Assembly: GCF_006345805.1 (NCBI RefSeq) | Contig: NC_043006.1 | Coordinates: 1,922,001 to 1,986,000 of the forward strand | DNA from: Octopus sinensis | Taxonomy: Eukaryota | DNA: 64,000 nucleotides | Direction of reading: 5' to 3' | Shown here: piece after piece, positions 50,370-63,170 of the stretch | How positions within the stretch are numbered: the first letter of the stretch is position 1 | Layout of the letters: each line of letters begins with the position of its first letter | Position numbers and translations under genes: made by a program | The notes under the pieces: model-generated | Seen by the model: the letters and a program-made list of their open reading frames with translations, nothing else | Databases searched by the model: none | Told to the model about the DNA's origin: nothing

Positions 50370-52242
50370 CATTATACAGTGTTAATACTGTCTACATTTT
50401 CCACATACAGCCAGATACACCGCCCACCTGGTGATTTTCCACTGCACGTTATACTTAATCTGTTGGTTGTGAGTTGAGAGAGATTTAACGGTTATAATTA
50501 GCAGCTTGCGTTCCCTGACAGAGCACTTCCCTCATTTGGCTCATTTGATAGCATATAAGATGCACATTTTTTCTCAATAAAAAAAGTTTAGTAAGTAATC
50601 GCCATCGTCTTATATGCGAAGTTGGGCTTATGTTACATGCTTTAATGCTCTAGAAACTTTTCTTTTCTGAATATGAGCTGCTGAAATTGGGGTGCGCCAA
50701 ATACGCCTACGCGTCCTTTATGCCATCAAATACGGTAAACTTTGTTGTCGTCTATCGGACCAGACACAGTCGAAAAAAATCTATGATGAAATAAGTTTTA
50801 GACATGAGGATCTTACAGTTTGTATTTCAGGAACGATATAAGTCAAATATAGCTTAAATTTGTAACAGATTCTTATGAGTTTTGGCTGTTAATTACTTGA
50901 AGTTGAAGGACCATGTGTAAGCTACCTTTTGAACACAATTATCAACGAAGATTTCTCTCGCCCTCTCTCAATCTATCTTCTCCCTCCTCGTGACACACAC
51001 TTTCCATTTATTTCATATTTTCGGAATAGGCATCATGCTAGAAGTTCATTACTTTTGTGGAGCGGTGTCATTAGTGTCCGCCTGAATTTGTTCTACTCAG
51101 AGAGAGAGAGTTTGACGGAAAGGATGTTCCAGAAGGTGGATGGTCTGGAAAAGAAGGATTGGGAATTTGTGGTTCATATTTGGGAAAGGGTGGTGGTGGA
51201 CGCAACGAGGGTGACGAGCGGTGGAAAGACCAGAGGGCAAGGCTGCTGGAGTGAGACAAGTACGAAACGAGCCAGCCAGCCAGATCTGAGGCCATTATAG
51301 TTGCGATACAAAGAAGAGGCAGCGAACCTGTGGACGAAAGGCTGGGGTGTATCCAGGATATATATAAGTTAATTGAGACTCGGGTGAAAACCTTGTAGAA
51401 TGCTGTGCAAAGCTCGTCCTCAGTTTTGTCTATAAAGTGCTTCAGCGGACACATCACTTTGGGTATACATTATCAGACTGAGTGAAATGACAAGAAGATG
51501 TAACTAGGAACTTATTCAAACAATCACCTGAAGAGGCGCATTCCACACATTGATAATGATTGCACAACATCTGACCTGTGCTATGTACTGCAGGCGTAGT
51601 ACATAAGGTTTAGTTTAAGATATGAATTCAGAGAGTCGTGTGGTTATCACAACAAGCTCCACTTACGGACTCGGCTAACAGTCCACATAGTAATATAATA
51701 CGGAGAAGTATAATGTAGAGTGACCATGTAACTGGAAATCCAGAAGACCCGATTGATACAATTATTTCCTAAGTAAGATATAAAACCGTTAAGTCAAGAA
51801 GTATGAGAGGTGAAATTGATACAAGAAGGTTGCGAAACGGCCGTAGCCCTATAGAAATTACGGGGTTAAATTAATATGTATTCACTCATACGTCCTGATT
51901 CTATAGTGTTATATATATATATATATATCACGTGATCACGTGTGATATATATATATATATATATGTATTTGCACACATACACAAGCGCGCGCACACACAA
52001 TCTCGTCGAAGTCAAGTTTTGCCTCTCAACCTTTCATTGGTCAATTAAAGGAAATACCCATCAAATACTGACCTTGCGCCGTTCTCCCCCCCCCTCTCTC
52101 TCTCTCTCGTGCGCGCGCTATATATGTGTTAGTGTGTGTGTGTGTGTTGATCTCACCTTATCGGTAGAGTAAAATATATATGGATCTTTTCAGTTTGAAG
52201 GCCAGATTTTCTAGTTAACTAAATAAATAAATATATATATGT

Positions 52243-52783
52243 ATACAAAATCAGAAAATGGAGAAATACATCTAAATCATTAATCAACTATCAGATAATA
52301 CCCAATCACATACTTTATTGAACCACTACATAAGAACATTAATGTTAAACAAAACAGTGTACATGGATGAGTAATACAATACAATAGGTACAATCATTAT
52401 AAGAGGATATAAATAAATAAATATAAATAGATATAAATATAAATCTACACTTTAGAATCTCCGAAGAGGCCTTAAAATATATTTGTAAATGTCTCATTCT
52501 TAACTCCATATTGGCATACTATAAATGGCTAATATAGGTAAAATAGGCATATTTATCTGCATGGCCGAAACAGCTGTAAGATATAGTGTAGATTTATATT
52601 TATATTTATTTATTTATATCCTCTTATAATGATTGTACCTATTGTATTGTATTACTCATCCATGTACGCTGTTTTGTTTAACATTAATGTTCTTATGTAG
52701 TGGTTCAATAAAGTATGTGATTGGGTATTATCTGGTAGTTGATTAATGATTTGGATGTATTTCTCCATTTTCTGATTTTGTAT
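52243..52783. repeat. ~200-bp inverted repeat (52243-52451 / 52585-52783)
   Basis: By eye three substitutions plus one short indel. Confidence 0.92.
52457..52582 (+). ncRNA. Type I hammerhead ribozyme, minimal/dimeric type, U4C variant
   Basis: ATCT-CCGAAGA-GGCC...GGCC-GAA-ACAG|CTGT-A-AGAT: stem I, core, stem II, palindromic stem III, GUA triplet. Confidence 0.7.
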
Positions 52784-52954
52784 TATTAATTTATGGTAAA
52801 AATAATTTTACCGTTGCCCATATAATACAGTAAATGAATTAATTGCATCGCAATTCTTAACATTTATGTATTAACTTTGTTGGGTACTTAACTAGCAGTA
52901 TATTGGATATATGGTATCCCATGGAGGGTTGAATTTGCAACCCCTGTCTCAATT

Positions 52955-52960
52955 TGTATA

Positions 52961-53040
<80 letters not shown>

Positions 53041-53283
53041 CACGCGCACGTGTGTATGAATGGTCAGGCGTACATGCGTGCATGTGAATACATACATGCA
53101 AGCACTTACAAATGCTTACTTTGATACATGTACAAGATAAATTTATCTGAAGGAGAGAAATGAGTTTAATTCCAGCGTAAGAGTTTTATTGTAGTAATTG
53201 GAAAAGTTCAATGCCCTTCAGTGACTAGCAGTTTCATCCCGGGTGGAGATTAAATGTACTCTCTTTCTCTCCATGCATGCATG

Positions 53284-53335
<52 letters not shown>

Positions 53336-53508
53336 GAGAGAGAGAGAGATTTGATTGCACATTTCAAAATCTCTAATACATATATACACGCGCACTTATC
53401 ACCTTAATGGAAGCTGTTGTGCGGGGGATGATGCTACAAGAGAATCCACTTACAAATCGCTATACTATGCTGACCTATTTTTATAATCCACGTGCTTTTC
53501 TCTTAGTC

Positions 53509-53547
<39 letters not shown>

Positions 53548-53806
53548 ATATGTGTGTATATATATATTGTGTGCATGTATGTATGTGTATTGTAATAGAA
53601 ATGATGAAATTTTCTGGGTGTACAGGGTGAGGAGGGACTCGTCTTTTATTTCATCACGGCTGTAAATATCTTTTACCATTCTGTTGCTTTTACTTGGTTT
53701 AAAGGAATATTCTTTACTTTCTTTTTCGTCTATCTGTAATTTTTGTTGTCATGTTTTATTTTTGCTTAACAACCATAATTCAGGCGTTACGATAATGACG
53801 TATCCC

Positions 53807-53884
<78 letters not shown>

Positions 53885-53885
53885 G

Positions 53886-53910
<25 letters not shown>
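52955..53910. repeat. Several long (TA)n tracts (52955-53037, 53290-53330, 53508-53560, 53817-53910)
   Basis: Directly visible. Confidence 0.95.
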
Positions 53911-53919
<9 letters not shown>

Positions 53920-54449
53920 GTGTTAACATAGAGTAAAATTATGTTATGCAATGATGTGTGCTACCCGTATTTTAGACAGACCGTTTGGGTGTAATTTAAA
54001 GGATATTTAGCTGTTATTTCTAGCCCTTCAAGCTTCTACGTAGAAGCATCTTTCTTGATCTCGTGTGGGCTTATGTTCTTCATGCATCTATAATTCTGTA
54101 ATAGGTAGTGTTTAGCCCTAGGCTACCCCTGAGCGAGCAGGCCTGTGATCAAAGGTATTTCAGCTATGATCATGTTATCATTTATTTTGTATATCTATTA
54201 TTACACAGTTGTGTATGTTCTTAAAACAGTTGGGTGTGATGTGAGAGAGATTTGGCTACTATTTTTAGCAAGTCAAGCTATTAAATATTGGCTGCTTCGT
54301 TAGTTCATGCAACTCTCTGCCAGACCACGTGGAAATTGTTTTTTCGCCTTTTTTTTTTCTTTTCGCAAATAGGTTTCTGTTTTTCTTTGCGTGGGTGAAG
54401 AGGAAACAATTAACCAAAAAAGAAAACAACACATTTTTGTTATTATTGG

Positions 54450-56085
54450 CAAGCCTGCAAAATTGTTAGTTCGTTAAACGAAATGCTTGGCGGCATTTCT
54501 GTAAGCCTTTTATGTTTTGAGTTCAAAACTTATCCTTTCATCTTTTCCGGGTCGTTGATAAAAAGTACGAGTTGGGCACTGAGGTCGATGAAGTGGAACA
54601 ACTGTGTTTGCATTCAAAGTTGAAATTCTGTTATGGTTGACTTTGCTTCCCATCCTTTTGGGATCGGTAAATTAAGTCCCAGTTGAGCCCTAGGGTTGAC
54701 GTAATTAACTAGCTCCCACCTGAAAGATTTCAGGCCTTGTGCCTAAAGAATGGATTATTATTCTTCCCACACAAGTTCAAATTCTGTCGGGTTGGACTTC
54801 ACGTTTCATTCTCTCGGGGTTGATAAAATAAGGCACCAGTTGAGCACTGGCATCAATGGTATTGGCGAATCCCCTCCTTTTAAAATTGCTGGCTTTGTAC
54901 CAAAATTTGAAGTCCTTATTATTATCATTTTATTTTTGTATTTTTATCTTTCATTTTATATTTTATTTTTATCATTAGATTGAAACCATGCACCACCTTG
55001 GAAAATTTTTAGTCCAATAAATCAACTCCAGTGCTTTTTTTTTTCAAAGCCTGATTCTTATTGTATCAGCTGTTTTTGCCGAACTGCTAGATTACAGGGA
55101 CGTAAACACACTGACACCGGTTGTGAAGTGTTGGTAGGACACACACAGACACACATACACTCATATGACAGGCTTCTTTCAGTTTCCATCTACCAAATCC
55201 ATTCATAAGGCTTTGGTTGGGCTGAAGCTATAGTAGAAGACACTTCCCCAAGCTTCCAGTCATTGGGAACTGAACCTGGAACCATGTGGTTGGGAAGCAA
55301 GCTTCTTGCCACACAGCCGTGCCTTGCTATTTTTCCTTTTGATTGTAACCTTACATTTTGTGAGTTATTTCGTCCTTTTATATGTTGTCCTCTATATATT
55401 GCCCCTTTGTAGGTAATAATAAAAATCATTGGTGAATGAATTGTTAGAGTGTCGGAATAAATTCTTGGTGGCATTTCATCAGACTTTTCTGTTTCAAGTT
55501 CAAATCTCCCTGAGGTCAACTTTATATTTCATCCTTCCAGGGTCAGTAAAATGAAATACCTGTTAAGTACTGAGGTTAGTTGTATCAGCTGAAACCCCCT
55601 CCCCTCGAAATTGCTGGCCTTGTGCCTAAATTAGAAACCATTATTATTATTATTATTCAAGCTGGTAGAATCATTAGCACGCTTGACAAAACAGCAGTAT
55701 TTTGTCTGTCTTCAAATTGTGAGTTCAAATTCTGCCGAGGTCAACTTTCTCCATTCTGGATTGATGAGTACCAGTTGAGAACTGTGGTTAATGTAATCAA
55801 CTTGTACTTCCATCTCCCAATTGCTGGCCTTGTGCCAAAATTTGAAACCATTATTATTATTAAAACAGCAAGCTGGCAGAATCGTTGACATACTAGATAA
55901 AATGCTTTAATGTCTTTTCATCTGTGTTTGCATTCTAAGTTGAAATTCTGTGATGGTTGATATTGCTTCCCATCCTTTCGGGATCGGTAAATTAAGTCCC
56001 AGTTGAGCCCTAGGGTTGAAGTAATCAATTAGCTCCTACCTTAAAGATTTCAGGCCTTGTGCCTACAGAATGGATTATTATTCTT
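54450..56085. mobile_element. Cluster of decayed SINE A copies (+) with a SINE D copy (54980-55325, -)
   Basis: Family homologies. Confidence 0.75.
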
Positions 56086-57469
56086 ACCATTTTACTTCTT
56101 GTACTGACTGTACTTGCTCTGGTTGATTCTGTAAGAGCAGACAGCAAACTTGTTGCCAAAGATCTCTCAAGGCCCCTTTTTGCAATACGTAACACCCAAG
56201 TACAAATCTCTGTAGAAGACACTGGCCCAAGGTGCTGCTGAGTAGGACTGAACCTGAAACTACATGGTTACAAAGCAAGGTTCTTCACTACATACCCATG
56301 AAACACTATACATTAGGATTTGTGGCTTATAACACATGTCCTGCTCAACCCTGCTCTTGGACAGACTGGTTAGAAGCAAAGCAAAGTAAAATAAAAACAG
56401 CCCTAAACGTTTTGGCTTCTTGCTGTTGTATGTTGACAAATTCATAAAGGACGAAGTAATGTAAATTTATGGGGATTTTGTTAAGCATCAGCTAGGATCA
56501 AAAATATTTGTTTGGGTTTGGTTTGCCAGATTAAACAGTCTGTGTTCAGGCTAGACTTTTTTTTTTTTTGCTTTTAGAAGTTTATCTTAAGTACAAGTAT
56601 GTCTTTGTGGTACAGAAGTTCACTTCCCAACCATGTGGTTTCAGATTCAGTATCTTCTACACAAAACCCTGGGTCAACCAAAGCTTAGTGAGTTGATGGG
56701 TGTAAGCATGGCTGTGTGGTTAAGATGTTTGTTTCTCAACCATGTGCTTTTGAGTTCAGTTCCACTGTGTGGCACCTTAAGGAAGTGTCTTCTACTGCAG
56801 CCCTGAGTTGAGCAAAGATGTAAATGGATTTGGTTGACAGAAAATGAAAGACACTCGTCATGCACACACACACACACACACACACGTGTGTGTGTGTCTG
56901 TGTGTGTGTGTGTGTAGCCTTGTCTTGATACTGCATGTTAATTGTAAATGAGTGTCATTGTCATATGAAAGGTGTTCTTCATTTTCAGCCTTTCCATCAA
57001 AACATATGTGGCCATGGGTAAAATATTATCTTGTTTGGAAACACACGAGGGTTGGCAACAGGAAGGGCATCTAACTATAGAAAAGTCTGTCTATTAATTC
57101 CGTTTGACCCTTGCAAGCATGGCAAAGTGGGCATTGAAACTGTGATGATAATACAGTGTATGTCAAGGTCTTGTTTACACTCTGTAATATTGTGATTATA
57201 CATCATTACCGAAGGACTCAGCTGTCAGAATCCTTAACACTCAGCTGTCAGAATCCTTAGCGCTTTGGACAAAATGCTTAGTGACATTTCTTCAGATTTT
57301 ATGTCTTGAGTTCAAATTCCAGTAAGATTAACTTTGCCTTTTTATCCTTTTGGGATTGATAAGATAAGCAGCATTTGAACACTGGGGCTGATGTAATCGA
57401 CAAGAGCATCCTCCCAACAAATTTCAGGCTTTGGAAGAGGGAGACCCCCCCCCCCTCACCTAGAACACA

Positions 57470-57870
57470 TGGGATGAAGTACTGAAGGACAATCTCAGGA
57501 CACTGAACCTTATGAAAGAGATGACAAAGAACCAAGATATTTGGTGCCTTGCTATACTCCAGAAGACCCATTCTCCACAGCAGAAGTGTTAATGCTGATC
57601 CCTTTGCTGAAGAGGATTGGCTTTCCAAGAGTCCTGTGCTGGTGCCACAAAAAATGTATCCATGCCAACACCATGTAATAGCACCCATGCCAGTGCCACA
57701 TAGAAATCACCCAGCACACACTGTAAAGTGGTTGGCATTAGGAAAAGCATCCAGCCGTAGAAGCCATTGCCAAATCAGACTGGAACCTGGAACCTGGCTT
57801 CCCAGACCCCGGTCAAACCGTCCAACTCATGCTAGCATAGAAAAGGGTTGTTAAAGGATGACAATGATGA
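57470..57870 (+). mobile_element. Old RTE 3' end
   Basis: gaacacatgggatgaagta...agaagaccc..., catgctagcatagaaaa. Confidence 0.7.
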
Positions 57871-58342
57871 CTATATAGTAAGTATAATAGATAGATTAAA
57901 ACATTCATACAGTTGTTAGCTTTCAAGAGAATGTGATGCAGTAGTTATCAGGAAATGCCTCAGTTCTCCAAGAACACACAGAAATGGTGCAGCTACAATT
58001 TACATTCTGTCAATTGTTAGAAAGCTGAAACTCTAAGTCTTTAAAAAATAAAATAAGTGTCATACTTAAGTCTGCTGATGTAACAATTATTACGTAAATG
58101 TCAACAAAAGGTTTGTCATGTTATTTGAAAACTGGTTCTTATTCAGTGGTTTAGGGAAACATTTAACACAATAATTACCTCTTTTTTATTATTTTTTTTT
58201 TTTTTAGAAACAAGATAAATATTTTTGGGGCATTAAAGAGAGTGAGAAAGTGAGTGCTCCAGTGTTTGGCTGGTTGTAGAAAGATGAAAGTCAAAGTTAA
58301 CTCCCTTCTAAATGTGTTCTGAGAAAAGTATCAGCAAACCTG

Positions 58343-58555
58343 CAAAGGGATGCTGGAAAGTTCCTGGCTTTGGGTAAAAAAAAATACAAGAGGATCAGTT
58401 ATGATTTCATTCAACATATTCCCCTCTCAGATTCACACACTTATTGCAGCAATCCTTCAGTTTTTCTAAGCCCTGTAAAAGAACTTGGAAGGTTGGCCTT
58501 CCAACCAGGCCTTCCACAATACCTTAAAAACCAGGAACTTTTCAGCAGCCCCTCG
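58343..58555. mobile_element. Tc1/mariner-type MITE (older copy of 47294-47492)
   Basis: ccaggaacttttcagcagcccctcg|TA. Confidence 0.75.
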
Positions 58556-58807
58556 TAAACACTACCAAGTGTTTAGGTTGGTACTCTACTTCTTTTTTTA
58601 GCTATTGGTAAATAAGAACATCTTCCATGGATGGAACATCATCGTTGTATTCATCATCAACATCATTTAATGTCCATTCTCCAAGCTGGCATTGGTTGGA
58701 TGGTTTGATAGGAGCTGGCAAGCTGGCTGGCTGCACCAAGACCCAGTTGTCTGTTTTGGCATGGTTTCTAGGGCTGGGTGCCCTTCCTGATGCCAACCAC
58801 TCTACCA

Positions 58808-58945
58808 ACTTTCTCTCACTCTTTCTTCCTGTTTCTTGAGTAACGCTGTGATGGACTGGTGTCCCGTCCAGCTGGGGGGAACACATATGCCACAAAAACT
58901 GGGAAACTGGGCCCATGAGCCTGACTAGGCTTGAAAAGGGTGCAT
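58808..58945 (+). mobile_element. SINE C 3' part with V-domain-like core
   Basis: tgtgatggactggtgtcccgtccagctggg. Confidence 0.5.
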
Positions 58946-58974
58946 AAATATATATATATATATATCATCATCAT

Positions 58975-60415
58975 AATCATCATCATCATTTAGCGTCCGT
59001 TTTCCATGCTAGCATGGGTTGGACGGTTTAACTGGGGTCTGTGAATCCGGAAGGCTTCATCAGGCCCAGTCAGATTTGGCAGTGTTTCTACGGCTGGATG
59101 CCCTTCCTAACACCAACCACTCCGTGAGTGTAGTGGGTGCTTTTTACGTGCCACCTGCACAGGTGCCAGACAGAGCTGGCAAACGGCCACGAATGGATGG
59201 TGTTTTTACGTGCCACCGGCACGGGGGCCAGGCGAGGCTGGCAACGGACACGAGCGGATGGTGCTTTTACGTGCTACTGGCACGGGGGCCAGGCGAGCCT
59301 GGCAACGGACACGAGCGGATGGTGGTTTTATGTGCCAAAAATATATATATATTTATATATATATATATATAATAGAAATGAAGCTAGCATGATCCGCTGG
59401 ATGTGTAATGTCAGTGTGCACACATGACAGAGTGTAAGCGCCCTGAGAGAAATGCTGGACATAAGAAGCATCAGATGCGGTGTGCAAGAGAGACGTTTGC
59501 GATGGTATGGTCATGTACTGTGGATGGATGAGGAGAGATGTGTGAAGAAGTGCCACTCCCAAACAGTTGAAGGAATCTTGGGTAGAGGTAGACCCAGGAA
59601 GACATGGAATGAGGTGGTCAAGCATGACCATCGAATGTTGGGCCCCATAGAGGCAATGACGAAAGACCGAGATCTCTGGAGATATGCTGTGACTGCAAGG
59701 ACCCGGGCTGCTTCCTCCACCAGTTTCGCATAGCCCCAGCCCATCCAAAGTACCTTGGATTGCAGAACGACCTGCTGTGCTTACCTGGGATCGTAAGGTG
59801 ACCTGCTGTGCTTGAGGAGACCTATAAGAGTCAAGTACATCAATATCAGTATCCAAACAAATATCAAATGGAAATTGTAGTTAAGCGATACCTGTGCCGG
59901 CAGCACATAAAAGGCACCATCCGAACGTGGCCGATGCCAGCATTGCCTTGGCTGGCTTCTGTGCCGGTGCACATGGCCTGCTGTGCTTGAGGAGACCTAT
60001 TGAGTCAAGTACACCCAACATCAAAATAAATATCAAATGGAAATTGTAGTTGTGATACCTGTGCCGGTGGCACATGAAAAGCACCATCCGAACGTGGCCA
60101 ATGCTAGCGCCGCCTTGACTGGCTTCTGTGCTGGTGGCACGTAAAAAGTACCATCCGAACATGGCCGATGCCAGCGCCGCCTTGACTGGCTTCTGTGCCG
60201 GTGGCACATAAAAAGCACCAACCGATCGTGGCCGCAGCCAGCCTCCCCTGGCACCTGTGCCGGTGGCACGTAAAAAGCACCCACTTCACTCACAGAGTGG
60301 TTGGCGTTAGGAAGGGCATTCAGCTGTAGAAACACTGCCAGATCAGACTGAAGCCTGGTGCTGCCTCCTGGCTTCCCAGACCCTGGTCGAACCGTCCAAC
60401 CCGTGCTAGCACGGA
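58975..60415. mobile_element. RTE family 1-related pieces: 3'UTR (58975-59335 -), ORF end (59365-59735 +), 3'UTR with ~175-bp duplication (59760-60415 +)
   Basis: NEASMIRWMCNVSV...VQERRLRWYGHV...GRGRPRKTWNEVVKHD; subrepeat modules. Confidence 0.88.
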
Positions 60416-61387
60416 TAAACTGATGCATCTCATCATTTAATCTACCTAATTAACCTATCCCATTACCACTTTGTCCTCTTTCTGCTCACCTTCACATTAA
60501 CCCCTGACATTACTCTTCCCTTTCCTTCCCCTCTCCTCATTCTCATTTACTCCCACTCCAATTCTCTTTCTTAAATGAGTCTCTCAATCAACCTGTTCTT
60601 TTCCATCGTGCTGTGTTCTCTTCTGTCTTGCAAGCTACAAGGAGACACCAATGGTGCTGGTTCCTTAAAAAAACACCCAGTACTCTCTCAGTGTTAGGTA
60701 ATTGATCCAAACAGTGGCAACACAAGACACGAAAGAGCACTTTAGTCTTGCTGATGGCAAGGTAACCTCTTTAGTGCTGGTTCCATGGAAAAATGCACCC
60801 AGTGCAATCTGTAAAGTGGTTGTTGTTAGGATGAGCTTCAAGCTGTGCAAACTGTGTAGAAACCATGCCAAAATAAGACACTAGAAGAAGACATACCCCT
60901 CCGGACTGTTGAAACCTGTTAAACCATCCGACCCATGCCAGCATGGAAAGCAGATGTAAAATGATTGTGGTGGAGGCACCTAAGACTATTGCAACATATC
61001 TCTTTCGGTTTTGGTAATATTTATTCTATTGTTAAATCATTTTGCATCCATGCAAAGAAAATCAAAGTTTTGATCTCCAATAGAAAAGATAATTAATCTT
61101 ATCTATGAAATTCTTTCCAATTATCTGAATCTTAGGGTTGTTGAACTATTTTGATATTCTTGTGAAATACAGCTTAGACTTTTGAGGAAGCTAAAACCTT
61201 GTAATTGATGAGACCTTACAGGAAATAAAGATAATTAGCATTCTAAAATCATTTCCTTGTCTTGAAAGCTGTTATAAATATACCAGCATTTCATACTATG
61301 TTAAAATAGAAATACAAAAAAAGTTTTCTGTGAAATCTTTTCTAGACTTTGAAAGTTACAGCTAATAGAATTTTAATTTTTTGTACA

Positions 61388-62717
61388 GGCATGGCTGTGT
61401 AGTAAGAAGTTTGCTTCTCAACCACATAGTTTTGGGTTCAATTCCACTGAGTGGCACCTTGAGCAAGTGTCTTCTACTATAGCCTCAAACTGACCAAAGC
61501 CTTGTGAGTGGATTTGGTAGACAGTAACTGAAAGAAACCTGTTGTATATCTATCTGTCTGTCTCTGCGTGTGTGAGATAGAGAGGGGGGAGAGAGAAAGT
61601 GTGTGTGTGTGTGGTGACCAGTATTAGTGTGTTTACATCTCCATAACTTAGTTGTTCAGCAAAAGAGACTGATAGAATAAGGACTAGGCTTAAAAAAGAA
61701 AACAAAAGTAAGCACTGGTGTCAATACATTTGACAAACAAAAAACAAGCCCTTCAAGGTGGTGGCCCTACATGGCTGCAGTCCAATAACTGAAACAAGTA
61801 AAAGATAAAAGAGAAACCTGTTTTCAAGAATCGGTTTAGAGTTGGAGTCCTAGTCTTAATATTTACAGCAAGTGAAAACAATAACATTTGTGGCCTGTAT
61901 CGCTTGCAATTCCCATTACGTCTGTGGCAAACAAGCACGAGGAAACGGAACAGACACAATGCTGTGTGGTAAGAATCGGTTAAGTCATTAAGATACGCAT
62001 CATTTGCAGTTGTTAGTCTCAACATTTTATAAAGATGTAACACTGAGTGGGATTTAAATACTTCTAATTGTAAAGAATGTTAAGTGTGTTTTTCTGGAGG
62101 GTTGTCCAAACCCACCCTGTTGTTGCTCTGATGATCTCATGGCTTGTGAATCTGACATCCCGGTTTAGCAAGAACTTCGACTGAGAATGTAACAAGTCAA
62201 AATTAGAAAATGTATTTGAAGGATTGTCTGCATGGAAAGACACCTACACATTTTCAAAAGAATTAATATTCTTGAAAGATTCCAATAAAAATATTCACCA
62301 ATTACAAAAATTACACTGGAGATATTATTATTATTATTATTATCATTATTATTATTAACCATGCAGAATGCATAAAACTTGTATGTCATCATCATCATCA
62401 TCGCCACCATAACCTTGATCATCAACAGTATCATCATCACCACACATCTTAATCATCATCATCACCACCACCACCACCATCGTTGTCATTGTCATCATTT
62501 TAATGACAACTTTTTTCTCTATGCTTTGCATGGGTCTGACGAAAGTATGCTGGAACAGATTTTCTTTTACTGGCCAGATGCCCTTCTGTTGCCATCCTCC
62601 GCTTGTTTCCAAATGAGATAATAATTAGCTTGTTTATCAAACAACAAACACCCTGAACATGTTTACATGGAGGACTGGAAACAAACGACACCACATGGAC
62701 AAGCCTTTACAATTGAC

Positions 62718-62757
<40 letters not shown>

Positions 62758-63170
62758 GTGTTTAGGTATATAAATATGTTAATTCGATCTAATACCGGTC
62801 GTTTGCCTGTTTATAGTTTTATACTATTATAAATACATAAGCGCAGGGGTGGCTGTGTCGTAAGAAGCTTGCTTCCCAACCACATAGTCCCAGGTTCAGT
62901 CCCACTGTGTGGCACTTTTGGCAAGTGGATTTGGTTGAGGGAAACTAAAAAAAATGTGCATTATAGTGTGTGTGTTTATCTCACACCACTACTTGACAAC
63001 TAGTGTTGGTGTGTTTACGTCCCTGTAACTTAGCAGTTCGGCAAAAGAGACTGATAGAATAAGTACTGAGCTTTTAAAAAAATAAGTCCTGTAGTTGATT
63101 TATTCGACTAAAACCTTTCAAGGCGATGCCCCAACATGGCCACAGTCACATGACTGAAAGAAGTAAAAGA
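61388..63170 (+). mobile_element. SINE D copies (61388-61810, 62783-63170)
   Basis: Family D homology. Confidence 0.8.

Noticed and set aside
51071-51457. 128-aa minus-strand ORF
   Set aside because: Low-complexity P/S-rich end, no domain recognised
56317-56368. Mini-exon resembling a TSP1 motif (CPAQPCSWTDW)
   Set aside because: Weak splice sites; similarity too short
2140-63170. tRNA genes
   Set aside because: All A/B-box matches are SINE or PLE heads without a complete cloverleaf
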